DNA of 39,471 bases. It comes from Escherichia phage vB_EcoM_SHAK9454. The position numbers and the translations under genes are program-made. Position 1 is the stretch's first letter. Every line of letters starts with the position of its first letter. Positions 26,149 through 36,111 of the stretch are shown here, piece after piece. The DNA lies in sequence record OR594184. One strand, written 5' to 3'. Under the pieces are notes generated by a model. It worked only from the letters and a program-made list of their open reading frames with translations. It was not told the origin of the DNA and did not search any database.

Positions 26149-26375
26149 TGGCTAGTCACAACCTGAAGATTCACCGCCAGCACTTTGGTCCGGTACAACT
26201 GGGTCTAAAGACAGCAGAGCTGAGACTTAACGACCGGGACTTTAAGGTTGGCGACTGGCTTATCCTGAATGAGTGGGACAACGGGTATACTGGACAACAG
26301 GTAGCACGTAAGGTTGTCCACATTGCTGACGTTGGTGACATCGCTGAGGGATACGTCCTAATGAGTATGATTTAA
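26148..26375 (+). CDS. ASCH-like / DUF3850-family small protein inserted between tail tube genes
   Basis: HNLKI..QHF..V..G.KT.ELR.NDRDF.VGDWLILNEWD.GYTG pattern matches the recalled DUF3850 consensus; ATG overlaps the gene 11 stop. Confidence 0.65.
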   Translation: MASHNLKIHRQHFGPVQLGLKTAELRLNDRDFKVGDWLILNEWDNGYTGQQVARKVVHIADVGDIAEGYVLMSMI

Positions 26376-26384
26376 GGAGGGCCT

Positions 26385-28742
26385 ATGCCACTAATTACTC
26401 AATCAATCAAGAACCTTAAAGGTGGCATTAGCCAGCAGCCAGACATCCTGAGGTTCTCGGACCAAGGCGAGGAACAGGTAAACTGCTGGTCATCAGAGAG
26501 TGATGGCCTACAGAAGCGTCCACCTACAGTCTTCAAGAGACGTCTTAACATCGACGTTGGGAGCAACCCTAAGTTCCACCTGATTAACCGTGACGAGCAT
26601 GAGCAGTATTACATCGTGTTCAACGGGTCAAACATTCAGGTAGTTGACTTGAGTGGTAATCAATACTCAGTTTCCGGTGCGGTAGATTACGTTAAGTCGT
26701 CCAACCCGCGAGATGACATCCGTGTCGTTACTGTTGCAGACTATACGTTCATCGTGAACCGTAAGGGTGTCGTTAAAGGTGGAAGCGAGAAGTCACACTC
26801 TGGTTATAACCGCAAAGCACGAGCTTTAATTAACCTGCGTGGCGGACAGTATGGTCGAACCCTTAAGGTGGGAATCAACGGTGGCGTTAAGGTCTCGCAT
26901 AAGCTACCAGCAGGTAATGATGCCGAGAATGACCCACATAAGGTGGACGCTCAAACCATCGGTGCAGCTCTGAGAGACCTTCTTGTTGCTGCTTACCCTA
27001 CCTTCACGTTCGACCTTGGGTCTGGATTCCTGTTAATCACTGCCCCTTCAGGGACTGACATTAACTCAGTGGAGACGGAGGATGGCTATGCTAACCAGCT
27101 AATCAGCCCAGTACTCGACACGGTGCAAACAATCTCTAAGTTGCCTCTTGCAGCTCCAAATGGGTACATCATTAAGATTCAAGGTGAGACCAACAGTAGC
27201 GCCGATGAATATTACGTGATGTATGACTCCAACACTAAGACGTGGAAGGAGACAGTAGAGCCGGGAGTGGTCACTGGGTTCGATAACACCACAATGCCTC
27301 ATGCTCTGGTGAGACAATCTGACGGCTCCTTTGAGTTCAAGACTCTGGACTGGTCTAATCGTGGTGCTGGTAATGATGACACAAACCCTATGCCTAGCTT
27401 CGTGGATGCTACGATTAACGATGTGTTCTTCTACAGGAATAGGCTGGGGTTCTTGTCAGGCGAGAACGTAATCATGAGCCGTTCAGCCAGCTACTTTGCG
27501 TTCTTCCCTAAGAGTGTGGCTACACTGAGTGATGATGATCCTATTGACGTAGCTGTAAGTCATCCTAGAATCTCAATCCTTAAGTATGCCGTTCCGTTTA
27601 GCGAGCAGCTACTACTTTGGTCGGATGAGGTGCAGTTCGTGATGACAAGCTCTGGGGTCCTTACCTCGAAGTCTATCCAGCTTGATGTAGGCTCAGAGTT
27701 TGCTTTAGGAGATAATGCCAGACCGTTCGCTGTAGGACGCTCAGTCTTCTTCTCAGCTCCTCGTGGGTCATTCACCAGCATTAAGCGATACTTCGCTGTA
27801 GCTGATGTGTCTGATGTGAAGGATGCTGATGATACAACCGGTCACGTATTGTCCTACATCCCTAACGGGGTGTTTGACATTCAGGGGACAGGGACTGAGA
27901 ACTACATCTGCGTCAACTCTACAGGTGCATACAACCGAATCTACCTCTACAAGTTCTTGTTTAAGGACGGCGTACAGCTTCAAGCCTCTTGGTCGCACTG
28001 GGAGTTCCCTAAAGCTGATAAGATTCTGGCGTCTGCGTCGATTGGCTCTACCATGTTCATTGTTCGTCAGCACCAAGGCGGCGTGGACCTTGAGCACCTT
28101 AAGTTCATCAAGGAGGCAACTGACTTTCCGTTAGAGCCATATAGACTCCACGTTGACTCCAAGGTGTCTATGGTAATACCAATTGGCTCATACAACGCTG
28201 ACACCTATAAGACTACGGTTGACATTGGTTCTGCTTATGGTGGAAACGCTCCGTCTCCAGGTAGGTACTATCTGATTGACAGTCAGGGTGCCTACGTGGA
28301 CCTTGGTGAATTGACCGACATCTCAACTGTGGCTGTACTCAATGGTGATTGGTCAGGACGTACAGTGTTCATCGGACGGTCTTATCTGATGTCCTACAAG
28401 TTCTCACGGTTCCTGATTAAGATTGAAGACGAGAGTGGCACTCAGTCTGAAGACACTGGTCGTCTACAGCTTCGTCGTGCTTGGGTAAACTACAAGGACA
28501 CTGGCGCTCTTAGACTCATTGTCAGAAACGGTGAGCGGGAGTTCGTGAACACCTTTAATGGGTACACCCTTGGTCAGCAAACCATAGGGACTACCAACAT
28601 TGGGGATGGTCAGTATCGATTCGCTATGAATGGCAACGCATTAACCACGAGTCTAACCTTAGAGTCCGACTATCCTACCCCGGTGTCCATCGTTGGGTGT
28701 GGCTGGGAGGCGTCATACGCTAAGAAAGCTCGTTCCGTCTAA
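26385..28742 (+). CDS. Tail tubular protein B (T7 gene 12-like)
   Basis: 785-aa ORF (T7 gp12 is of similar size) following gene 11. Confidence 0.93.
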   Translation: MPLITQSIKNLKGGISQQPDILRFSDQGEEQVNCWSSESDGLQKRPPTVFKRRLNIDVGSNPKFHLINRDEHEQYYIVFNGSNIQVVDLSGNQYSVSGAVDYVKSSNPRDDIRVVTVADYTFIVNRKGVVKGGSEKSHSGYNRKARALINLRGGQYGRTLKVGINGGVKVSHKLPAGNDAENDPHKVDAQTIGAALRDLLVAAYPTFTFDLGSGFLLITAPSGTDINSVETEDGYANQLISPVLDTVQTISKLPLAAPNGYIIKIQGETNSSADEYYVMYDSNTKTWKETVEPGVVTGFDNTTMPHALVRQSDGSFEFKTLDWSNRGAGNDDTNPMPSFVDATINDVFFYRNRLGFLSGENVIMSRSASYFAFFPKSVATLSDDDPIDVAVSHPRISILKYAVPFSEQLLLWSDEVQFVMTSSGVLTSKSIQLDVGSEFALGDNARPFAVGRSVFFSAPRGSFTSIKRYFAVADVSDVKDADDTTGHVLSYIPNGVFDIQGTGTENYICVNSTGAYNRIYLYKFLFKDGVQLQASWSHWEFPKADKILASASIGSTMFIVRQHQGGVDLEHLKFIKEATDFPLEPYRLHVDSKVSMVIPIGSYNADTYKTTVDIGSAYGGNAPSPGRYYLIDSQGAYVDLGELTDISTVAVLNGDWSGRTVFIGRSYLMSYKFSRFLIKIEDESGTQSEDTGRLQLRRAWVNYKDTGALRLIVRNGEREFVNTFNGYTLGQQTIGTTNIGDGQYRFAMNGNALTTSLTLESDYPTPVSIVGCGWEASYAKKARSV

Positions 28743-28766
28743 CTTATTGAAGGGCCTATAGATTTA

Positions 28767-28789
28767 CCTTAACTATCACTATAGGGACT
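28767..28789 (+). promoter_or_regulatory. Phage RNAP promoter (phi13-like) embedded in a palindrome
   Basis: CCTTAACTATCACTATAGGGACTA flanked by GGGCCTATAG ... CTATAGGCCC. Confidence 0.85.
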
Positions 28790-28818
28790 ATAGGCCCTTA
28801 AGGTTATAAGGAGACTTT

Positions 28819-29295
28819 ATGTATATTCGCAAGGCTACGGAACAGGATGTCCACTACTTTCTGTGGCATCTTTCAGCAGATGATGTTAATGAGTGCAAAG
28901 CAAACTATGGGTCAACCGTTGGTCTCTCTGAAAGACTGCTTAAGCATCTATCTCCGTCATCTGTGGTTTTAACGAATGGTGTAGGCGAAGTGTTTGCCTA
29001 TGGTGGAAACCAAGGGGATAACGTATGGTTCTTGACTTCCGGTCTTGTCAATAAGCTGAGACCTAAAGAGAAGCGGGAGTTCATAAAGCGTATCTCTGAG
29101 TACAGGGACTTAATGTTAGACCAATACGGGACCATCTGGAACTACGTGTGGTCAGGCAATAAGTCTCACATTAAATTCTTGAAGTTGCTTGGCGCTAAAT
29201 TCCATGATGATTGGGCTGTAAGCCCGGTAACTGGTGAGCGTTTTCAATTATTCACTATCTCTAAGGAGGACGTATGTGCGAGCCAATTAGCATAG
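28819..29295 (+). CDS. Internal virion protein A (T7 gene 13-like)
   Basis: 158-aa ORF after the phi13-like promoter; positional. Confidence 0.75.
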   Translation: MYIRKATEQDVHYFLWHLSADDVNECKANYGSTVGLSERLLKHLSPSSVVLTNGVGEVFAYGGNQGDNVWFLTSGLVNKLRPKEKREFIKRISEYRDLMLDQYGTIWNYVWSGNKSHIKFLKLLGAKFHDDWAVSPVTGERFQLFTISKEDVCASQLA

Positions 29296-29861
29296 GCATG
29301 GGTGTACTGTCTGTAGCCGGGGCCACTATGTCCGCATCCCAACAGGCCAAGGCCGAAGGTGCAGCAATTGACGCTCAGAACCGACAGGCTCAGGAAATGG
29401 TTAAGCAGATGAACTACTCTGACGCCAACCTGAGGATGCAGGAGCGAGACCTGAAGGAGCAGCAGATGGCTGAACTGACAGAGACCACGCTCAACGGTAT
29501 CCGCAATCAGGGTATGGTCCGAGCTGCGGTGGCTGAGTCCGGTCTGGAAGGTAACTCTATGGACAGGATTGAACGTCAGGTCGCAGGAGATACAGTCAAG
29601 GAGCGAGCAGGGATTACCGAAAGTTACAACCGCGACTATGCGGCTATCTTCGGGAACCGTATCGCCAACATTGAGAACACAAAGTCTGCTATCCGTGGTC
29701 AAGGTAAAATCATCAAGACCAGCCCACTGGCTCATGCACTTAATGTTGCTACAGCAGGGATGCAAGGTTACGCCGCTGGTAAGTCAATCTCTGGAGCGTC
29801 AAGCTCTGGTGGTGCTGCACCAATTAGTGCTGCTAAAGGCACACCTACAGGTCATAGCTAA
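29274..29861 (+). CDS. Internal virion protein B (T7 gene 14-like)
   Basis: 195 aa (T7 gp14 is of similar size); starts MC...; SMDRI.R block. Confidence 0.88.
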   Translation: MCEPISIGMGVLSVAGATMSASQQAKAEGAAIDAQNRQAQEMVKQMNYSDANLRMQERDLKEQQMAELTETTLNGIRNQGMVRAAVAESGLEGNSMDRIERQVAGDTVKERAGITESYNRDYAAIFGNRIANIENTKSAIRGQGKIIKTSPLAHALNVATAGMQGYAAGKSISGASSSGGAAPISAAKGTPTGHS

Positions 29862-29872
29862 GAGGAGGACTA

Positions 29873-32155
29873 ATGGCTAGTAATATTGAATCAGCTCTGG
29901 CTAATCGGACTATGGGTCGCGGCAGAGCGCCGGGTAAAACTATCGCCGTCAACTATCAAGCAGCCAGCGTTCAGGCTCCGACTGGTGACTCCGGTCTGGC
30001 TCGTGCGTTAACCAACTTCGTTGAGTCTGGGACAGGATTGTACAAGCAGTTCAAGGACGATGAAAAGACACGGGCCGACGAGAGGTCTAACGAGATTATC
30101 CGTAAGCTGACACCTCAGCAAAGACGTGAGGCTATCCAGAACGGTACATTGCTGTATCAGGATGACCCTTACGCTATGGAAGCACTTCGAGTCAAGACTG
30201 GTCGTAATGCTGCCTTTGCTGTAGACGACGAGATTAACGTTAAGATTCAGAACGGTGAGTTCCGTACACGTCAGGACATGGAAGAGTATCGCCACCAGCG
30301 ACTTCAGGATGCCGCTAAGTCCTATGCTGAAGAGGCAGGTATTAACCCTACCGACGAGTTCTTCCAGCGTGGCTTCAACGATAACATCACGGACAGAAAC
30401 ATCGCTATCTATGGGTCTTTCAATAAGTATTTCAGCAAGCAGTCTGAAGAGACAGCAATGTTGAACACTCGTATTGAGATGAACTCATTCCTGAACGATG
30501 GCGACCTGATGCGTTCACCTGAGTCTGGCAAGACATTCATGGCCTACCTTCGGGATGGATTGACGACTGCTGCTATACCTTCGGACCAGAGAGCACGGGA
30601 GGTCATTACCCAGACGGTCCGTGACGCAATCCAGAAGTCCGGCGGCTCAAACTTCCTACAGCAAGTGCGAGGCGAGAGAATCACCCTTAACGGTGTGGAT
30701 GCTACCATCGAAGAGATTGTAGGCCCTGACGTCTTCAATGCTGCTGTGGTTGAGGCTCAAGGTACCGAGTACAAGTTGGTGGCTAAGTATCAGGAAGACT
30801 TATCGTTAGGCGTTCAGTCTGCGATTCTTCAGGACGACCCAACCATCGGTCTGGCCCAGATTCAGAAACTCAAGGAGCAGAACAACCTGCTTCAGCCGGG
30901 GGAAGAACTCACGCCCCAGCGTCAGATGCTTATTAATGCCGAAGCCAGCTTACTGGAAGCGGTCAAGCGTAAGTCTGCTGAACAGGCGAAGGAGAACACT
31001 AAGTTAATCCAGACTCAGAACAAGCAACTGGTCATCGACCAAGTGTATCAGCGACGTCTGGCTGGGGACAACGTGTCCACCAACTATGAGGACCTTCCGG
31101 TCTCTGAAGCTACAGGAGAGTTCAAGCGTTCAGACATGAACAACTATGCGTCTGCAAAGCTACAGCAGATTGACCAGATGGACATCCCTGAGGCTGCTAA
31201 GGACGCTCAGAAGGTGGCAATGTTAAGAGCTGACACTAACAACGGTCCGTTCCGTAATGCATTCCAGACGCTTACTCAGGACGCTGCTGGTGAGTGGCAA
31301 GCTGCGGTCATCCGTGGACAGTACGACCCAGACAAGATGCAACGCTTCGAGTCTCTTCGTCGTGCCTACACTCAGGACCCTTCAAGTTTTGCTGCTCTGT
31401 ATCCTGACCAAGCTCAGTTGTTCTCTACGTTCGACCAGATGGACAAGATGGGTCTGGACCCTCAGACGATGATTGAAGCTGATAAGCAAGCTGCAAGTCA
31501 AAGCCGTGAGATGCGCATGGAGTCAGACAAGGCGTGGCAGGAGCTGAAGAACGACTCCAAGAACACCCAGTTGTCTCGCCTCCCAACGTCTCTGGACTCA
31601 AGTGCTCGTAAGGTATGGGACTCATGGTACTACCGTACAGGTAACGCTGATGCTGCAACTCAGCAGACTCAACGATGGCTGAATGAAAATACCGTAACGT
31701 TCCAGTCTGAAGGTTCTGACGGTAAGTCCATCGGCATGGTGTCAAAGCACCAGCTTATGGTCGGGGATAACCCAGAGTCGTGGCAGGTTGGTCGAGACAT
31801 TATCGACACCGCTCGTAAGCAGCTCATTAAGGCCAACCCTTGGGTAGTGAACTCTCAGTTGTCCGTTGTTGAACAGAACGGCTCTATCTTCCTCCAAGAC
31901 GCTACAGGGACTATTCGTATTCGCTACGATAAAGAACTTGTAGGTAAACTCTACCGCGAACAACAGCAGAAGGCACAAGATGCTGCATACGCTCAGGCAG
32001 AACGTGACGCTAACAAGCGAGCGCGTATCGTCGGGACTAAAGCTGCTGGTGACAAACGTCGAGCTGACCGAGAGGCCAACATCGAGAAGCGCGGAGGGAT
32101 GTACAATGACGTCTCATTGGAGGGTATCGCAAACGTACTAATCGGTAAGGAGTAA
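29873..32155 (+). CDS. Internal virion protein C (T7 gene 15-like)
   Basis: 760 aa; size and position. Confidence 0.9.
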   Translation: MASNIESALANRTMGRGRAPGKTIAVNYQAASVQAPTGDSGLARALTNFVESGTGLYKQFKDDEKTRADERSNEIIRKLTPQQRREAIQNGTLLYQDDPYAMEALRVKTGRNAAFAVDDEINVKIQNGEFRTRQDMEEYRHQRLQDAAKSYAEEAGINPTDEFFQRGFNDNITDRNIAIYGSFNKYFSKQSEETAMLNTRIEMNSFLNDGDLMRSPESGKTFMAYLRDGLTTAAIPSDQRAREVITQTVRDAIQKSGGSNFLQQVRGERITLNGVDATIEEIVGPDVFNAAVVEAQGTEYKLVAKYQEDLSLGVQSAILQDDPTIGLAQIQKLKEQNNLLQPGEELTPQRQMLINAEASLLEAVKRKSAEQAKENTKLIQTQNKQLVIDQVYQRRLAGDNVSTNYEDLPVSEATGEFKRSDMNNYASAKLQQIDQMDIPEAAKDAQKVAMLRADTNNGPFRNAFQTLTQDAAGEWQAAVIRGQYDPDKMQRFESLRRAYTQDPSSFAALYPDQAQLFSTFDQMDKMGLDPQTMIEADKQAASQSREMRMESDKAWQELKNDSKNTQLSRLPTSLDSSARKVWDSWYYRTGNADAATQQTQRWLNENTVTFQSEGSDGKSIGMVSKHQLMVGDNPESWQVGRDIIDTARKQLIKANPWVVNSQLSVVEQNGSIFLQDATGTIRIRYDKELVGKLYREQQQKAQDAAYAQAERDANKRARIVGTKAAGDKRRADREANIEKRGGMYNDVSLEGIANVLIGKE

Positions 32156-32159
32156 CATA

Positions 32160-35100
32160 ATGGCGACTCGTGGTATTCGCAATAACAATCCGGGTAACAT
32201 CCGGGTAAGTAAGGACCAATGGGAAGGAATGACTGGAGATGATGGCGCATTCGTCACCTTCGATAGTCCAGAGTCTGGCGTCCGAGCTTTAGGTAAAAAC
32301 CTGCTGTCCTACGGTCGCCAAGGTTATGATTCCATCGAGAAGATTATCAACAGATGGGCACCTCCTAACGAGAACGACACTAAGGCTTATATTGACTCAG
32401 TGGTGGCTGCAACTGGTATTCCAGCTACACAGAGTCTCGACCTATCGGACCCTGACACCCTGTCTTCTCTGGCACAAGCTATCAGCTTCCATGAGACAGG
32501 CTCACGGTACGACCCTGAAGTCTATCAGAAGGGAGTCGCACGGGCACTCAACGGCATTAGCCCAAAGACTCCACCAGTAAGCGCTAACGTATTTGACGCA
32601 CTCACGGAAGGACTCAAGGCTAAACCTAAAGTAGCTCTGGGTGAGAACCTTCCGACCGCTGCTGGTCTGAACATTGAGGGTCAAGCACCTGAAGCTCCCA
32701 ACGAATCGTTCGGTGAGATGTTCTATAAGGCTACTGGAGAGACCATGCAGGAGCAAGAGGACCGCTCTACGTGGTTCGGTTTCGGTGCGGCTACAGAAGC
32801 TGAAGTGAAGAACTCTATGGTCGGCGTGGCTATACGAGCTGGTCAGACTGAGGACTCACTGGATGTCATTGGCGATGTGTTCAACCCAACCAGATGGAAC
32901 AACCATAAGTGGTCTCGTGAGGAGCTAGACCAGATTCGTAACGCTGGGGTTTTGCCTCAGTATTACGGAGTCATTACTGGTGGCTCTCCTCAGAACCTGA
33001 CCGAGCTTATTAACTTGGCGCTTGAGAACCAGAAGTTGGACCAAGAGAAGGCCAAGGCTGGGACTGGTGCTCAACTGGCGGCTGGTGTGATTGGTGCTGG
33101 CGTGGACCCTCTGACCTACGTTCCTATTGCTGGGCAGGTAGGTAAAGGTGGTAAGCTAGTCAACAAGATGTTCACTGTGGCTGCTCAGTCTGGTGCTCTG
33201 GCTGGGGCATCCGAGATTGCTCGAACCTCAGTTGCTGGTGGGGACGCTCATGTTGCTGAAGCTATCCTTGGTGGTGCTCTTTTCGGTGGTGGCATGACTG
33301 CTATCGCTGATGGACTAGGTAGAGCCTTAGGTCGCAACACTAATGAGTTTGCTGGTCCAGCTACACGTTTGGAAGCTCGTGAGACCGCTCGTAACGTTGA
33401 TGGTCAGGACCTGTCCCGTCTCCCTATTCAGGAAGGTGAGCAGACCTTTAGTCATCAAGGCGTTAAGTTCGCTGACGTTCCGAATGAGCCGGGAAGTGTA
33501 CGATTAGAAGACGGTTCAATCCTGATTGGTGAGAACCCTCTGAACCCTAAGACACGTAAAGTCTTTGACGAAGTGATTGAGCCTGAACGTGCCGCTGCTG
33601 GTGTGAACCTTGGTGGGCTGACTGAGATTGGCCTGAAGCTGCTTCGGTCCGAGAACCCTGAGATTCGTGGAGTAGCTGCTGACTTAGTACGTTCACCGAC
33701 TGGTATGCAGTCTGGGGCCTCAGGTAAAATAGGGACAACTGCGTCAGACGTATTCGAGAGACTTCGTGCTGTGGACCATCGGTTCTACAATGACATCGAC
33801 GATGCGGTTACTGAGGCACTAAAGGACCCGTACTTCCAGACAGCATTCTGGCGAGACTCTGGCGCATTCCGTCAAGACATCTATCAGCGCGTGTCTATGG
33901 CTATCGAAGATGGTAGCGGAAACCTGAAGGCTGAATTGACTCCGGGAGAACTGAAAGTCTATGACCTGCTGAAGAACCAGTTCGACGCCAAGCGTGAGAT
34001 GATGGAGAACCCAGCGATGTTTGGTCGTCCAGACGCTCAGTCTATCTTTCCGGGTAGCCGCTTCAAGGGAACCTACGTCCCTCATGTGTATAGCAAACAG
34101 ATGAAGGAGCTGTACATCAAGGAGCTTGGGAGTCCAGAGGCGTTGCAGGAGGCCATCAAGAAGTCATGGTTGACCAGCTATGCGTCTCGACCTGAAGTCA
34201 AGAAACGTGTGGACGAGGCACTCTTAGAGGCTGACCCTACGTTGACTCCAGAAGGACTTGCGGCTGCGGTCGATAAGTACGCCAACGATAAGGCTTATGG
34301 TATCTCTCACACCGAGCAGTTCGAGCGTTCATCCGTAATGGAAGAGAACATCAATGGTCTGGTGGGTCTGGAGAACAACAGCTTCCTTGAGGCTCGTAAC
34401 CTGTTCGATAGCGATATGTCAATCGTCCTACCTAACGGTCAGACCTTCAGTGTCAACAACCTGCGTGAGTGGGACATGGACAAGATTGTCCCGGCCTACA
34501 ACCGTCGAGTTAATGGCGATATTGCTATCATGGCTGGTACAGGCAAGACCACGAAGGACATGAAGGACTTGGTTGAGACCCTGATGAACAAGGCTGGGGA
34601 TGACGGTAAGTTGAAAGGTGAAGTATCTACCTTACGTGACACTTTGAAGATTCTAACTGGTCGTGCTCGACGTGATGGTGCTGATGATGCGGCCTTCGCT
34701 ACCGTGATGCGCACAATGACAGACCTATCGTTCTTCGCTAAGAATGCCTACATGGGTGTTCAGAACTTAACGGAGATTGGTGGTATGCTGGCTCGTGGCA
34801 ACGTTCGTGCAATGCTGCATGGAGTCCCGATTTTCCGTGACCTAGCCTTCCGTAACAAGAAGGTTGGGGCCTCAGAGATTAAGGACCTGCACAATGTTAT
34901 CTTCGGTAAGGAACTGGATTACTCAATCCGTCCGTCTAAACAGGATGTCATTGACCGTCTGCGATCTTACAGTGACCTCGGTCGTGGTACAGCTACAGCT
35001 CTGGGGACTGCCACGTATTACACTGGCGAACTTGCAGTACGCTCTCCGTTCACTAAAGTCCTCAACGGTACGACCAACTACCTGTTAGATGCTGGACGTC

Positions 35101-36047
35101 AGGGCTTCCTGTCTGACATCGTGGAGCATAGCCTGACTGGTAGTAAGCGTAAGTTCGATGACCGCTGGCTGAAGACCGCTGGTATCTCTGACGAGCAGTG
35201 GAAGGGCATTAAGTCCCTAATCCGTGAGTCAGTGACTCGTGGTCCAGACGGGAAGTACACCATCAAGGATAAGAAGGCGTTCAGTCAGGACCCAAGGGCT
35301 ATGGACCTGTGGCGTATGGGTGACACCATCGCTGACGAGACGTTACTCCGGCCTCATAAGCTGTCAAACATGGACGCCAAGGCTTATGGTCCTCTCGCTA
35401 AGACTGTCCTTCAGTTTAAGAACTTCGTCATCAAGTCTATCAATGGGAGAACCATGCGAACCTTCTATAACGCCACGAAGAACAACAGAGCGATTGACGC
35501 TGCACTGTCGACCGTGATGTCTATGGGTCTGGCTGGAATGTACTACATGGCTCAGGCGCACATAAAGGCTTACGCTATGCAGGACGGTCGTGACCGAGAG
35601 TATCTGAAGCAAGCCCTTAACCCAACAATGATTGGCTATGCGGCGCTGTCCCGTAGCTCCCACTTAGGTGGTCCTCTTGGGGTCGCCAACATTCTGGGAG
35701 GCATCGCTGGATATGAGGACACTAAGATGCTCCGCTCGTCAATCCTTCCGCGATCACCTACCGAGAAGACGGAGAAGCCAATCGCCTTTGGTGCTGCTTC
35801 CAGTGGTCCGGTAATGAATGTTGTCGGCAACTTCCTTGAGCAGGTCCCGGCTTTCGGCTATGCTGCTAACGTTGGTGCTACGGCTTACAACTTGGCGGGA
35901 TACCTCAAGGCTGATACCCGTGTCAACGAGCGAGACTACATGACCGGGATGTATAACACGTTCCGTGAACTTGTACCGAATGACCCGATTACCCAGAAGT
36001 TGCTGCTTGGAACGTTTGAGGAGCAGGGCATCCACATCAAGGACTAA
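32160..36047 (+). CDS. Internal virion protein D (T7 gene 16-like) with a non-canonical N-terminal domain
   Basis: 1295 aa; from about residue 200 matches recalled T7 gp16 (STWFGFGAATEAEVKNSM, GDIAIMAGTGKTTKD, RPHKLSNMDAKAYG); first ~150 aa lack the SLT motif. Confidence 0.93.
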   Translation: MATRGIRNNNPGNIRVSKDQWEGMTGDDGAFVTFDSPESGVRALGKNLLSYGRQGYDSIEKIINRWAPPNENDTKAYIDSVVAATGIPATQSLDLSDPDTLSSLAQAISFHETGSRYDPEVYQKGVARALNGISPKTPPVSANVFDALTEGLKAKPKVALGENLPTAAGLNIEGQAPEAPNESFGEMFYKATGETMQEQEDRSTWFGFGAATEAEVKNSMVGVAIRAGQTEDSLDVIGDVFNPTRWNNHKWSREELDQIRNAGVLPQYYGVITGGSPQNLTELINLALENQKLDQEKAKAGTGAQLAAGVIGAGVDPLTYVPIAGQVGKGGKLVNKMFTVAAQSGALAGASEIARTSVAGGDAHVAEAILGGALFGGGMTAIADGLGRALGRNTNEFAGPATRLEARETARNVDGQDLSRLPIQEGEQTFSHQGVKFADVPNEPGSVRLEDGSILIGENPLNPKTRKVFDEVIEPERAAAGVNLGGLTEIGLKLLRSENPEIRGVAADLVRSPTGMQSGASGKIGTTASDVFERLRAVDHRFYNDIDDAVTEALKDPYFQTAFWRDSGAFRQDIYQRVSMAIEDGSGNLKAELTPGELKVYDLLKNQFDAKREMMENPAMFGRPDAQSIFPGSRFKGTYVPHVYSKQMKELYIKELGSPEALQEAIKKSWLTSYASRPEVKKRVDEALLEADPTLTPEGLAAAVDKYANDKAYGISHTEQFERSSVMEENINGLVGLENNSFLEARNLFDSDMSIVLPNGQTFSVNNLREWDMDKIVPAYNRRVNGDIAIMAGTGKTTKDMKDLVETLMNKAGDDGKLKGEVSTLRDTLKILTGRARRDGADDAAFATVMRTMTDLSFFAKNAYMGVQNLTEIGGMLARGNVRAMLHGVPIFRDLAFRNKKVGASEIKDLHNVIFGKELDYSIRPSKQDVIDRLRSYSDLGRGTATALGTATYYTGELAVRSPFTKVLNGTTNYLLDAGRQGFLSDIVEHSLTGSKRKFDDRWLKTAGISDEQWKGIKSLIRESVTRGPDGKYTIKDKKAFSQDPRAMDLWRMGDTIADETLLRPHKLSNMDAKAYGPLAKTVLQFKNFVIKSINGRTMRTFYNATKNNRAIDAALSTVMSMGLAGMYYMAQAHIKAYAMQDGRDREYLKQALNPTMIGYAALSRSSHLGGPLGVANILGGIAGYEDTKMLRSSILPRSPTEKTEKPIAFGAASSGPVMNVVGNFLEQVPAFGYAANVGATAYNLAGYLKADTRVNERDYMTGMYNTFRELVPNDPITQKLLLGTFEEQGIHIKD

Positions 36048-36065
36048 ACTATCACTATAGGAAAC
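36043..36065 (+). promoter_or_regulatory. Phage RNAP promoter (phi17-like)
   Basis: ACTAAACTATCACTATAGGAAACT overlapping the gene 16 stop. Confidence 0.85.
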
Positions 36066-36111
36066 TGGAGGCGCTACCATAGGTCTCCGTTTAAATCACA
36101 AAGGAGGCATA

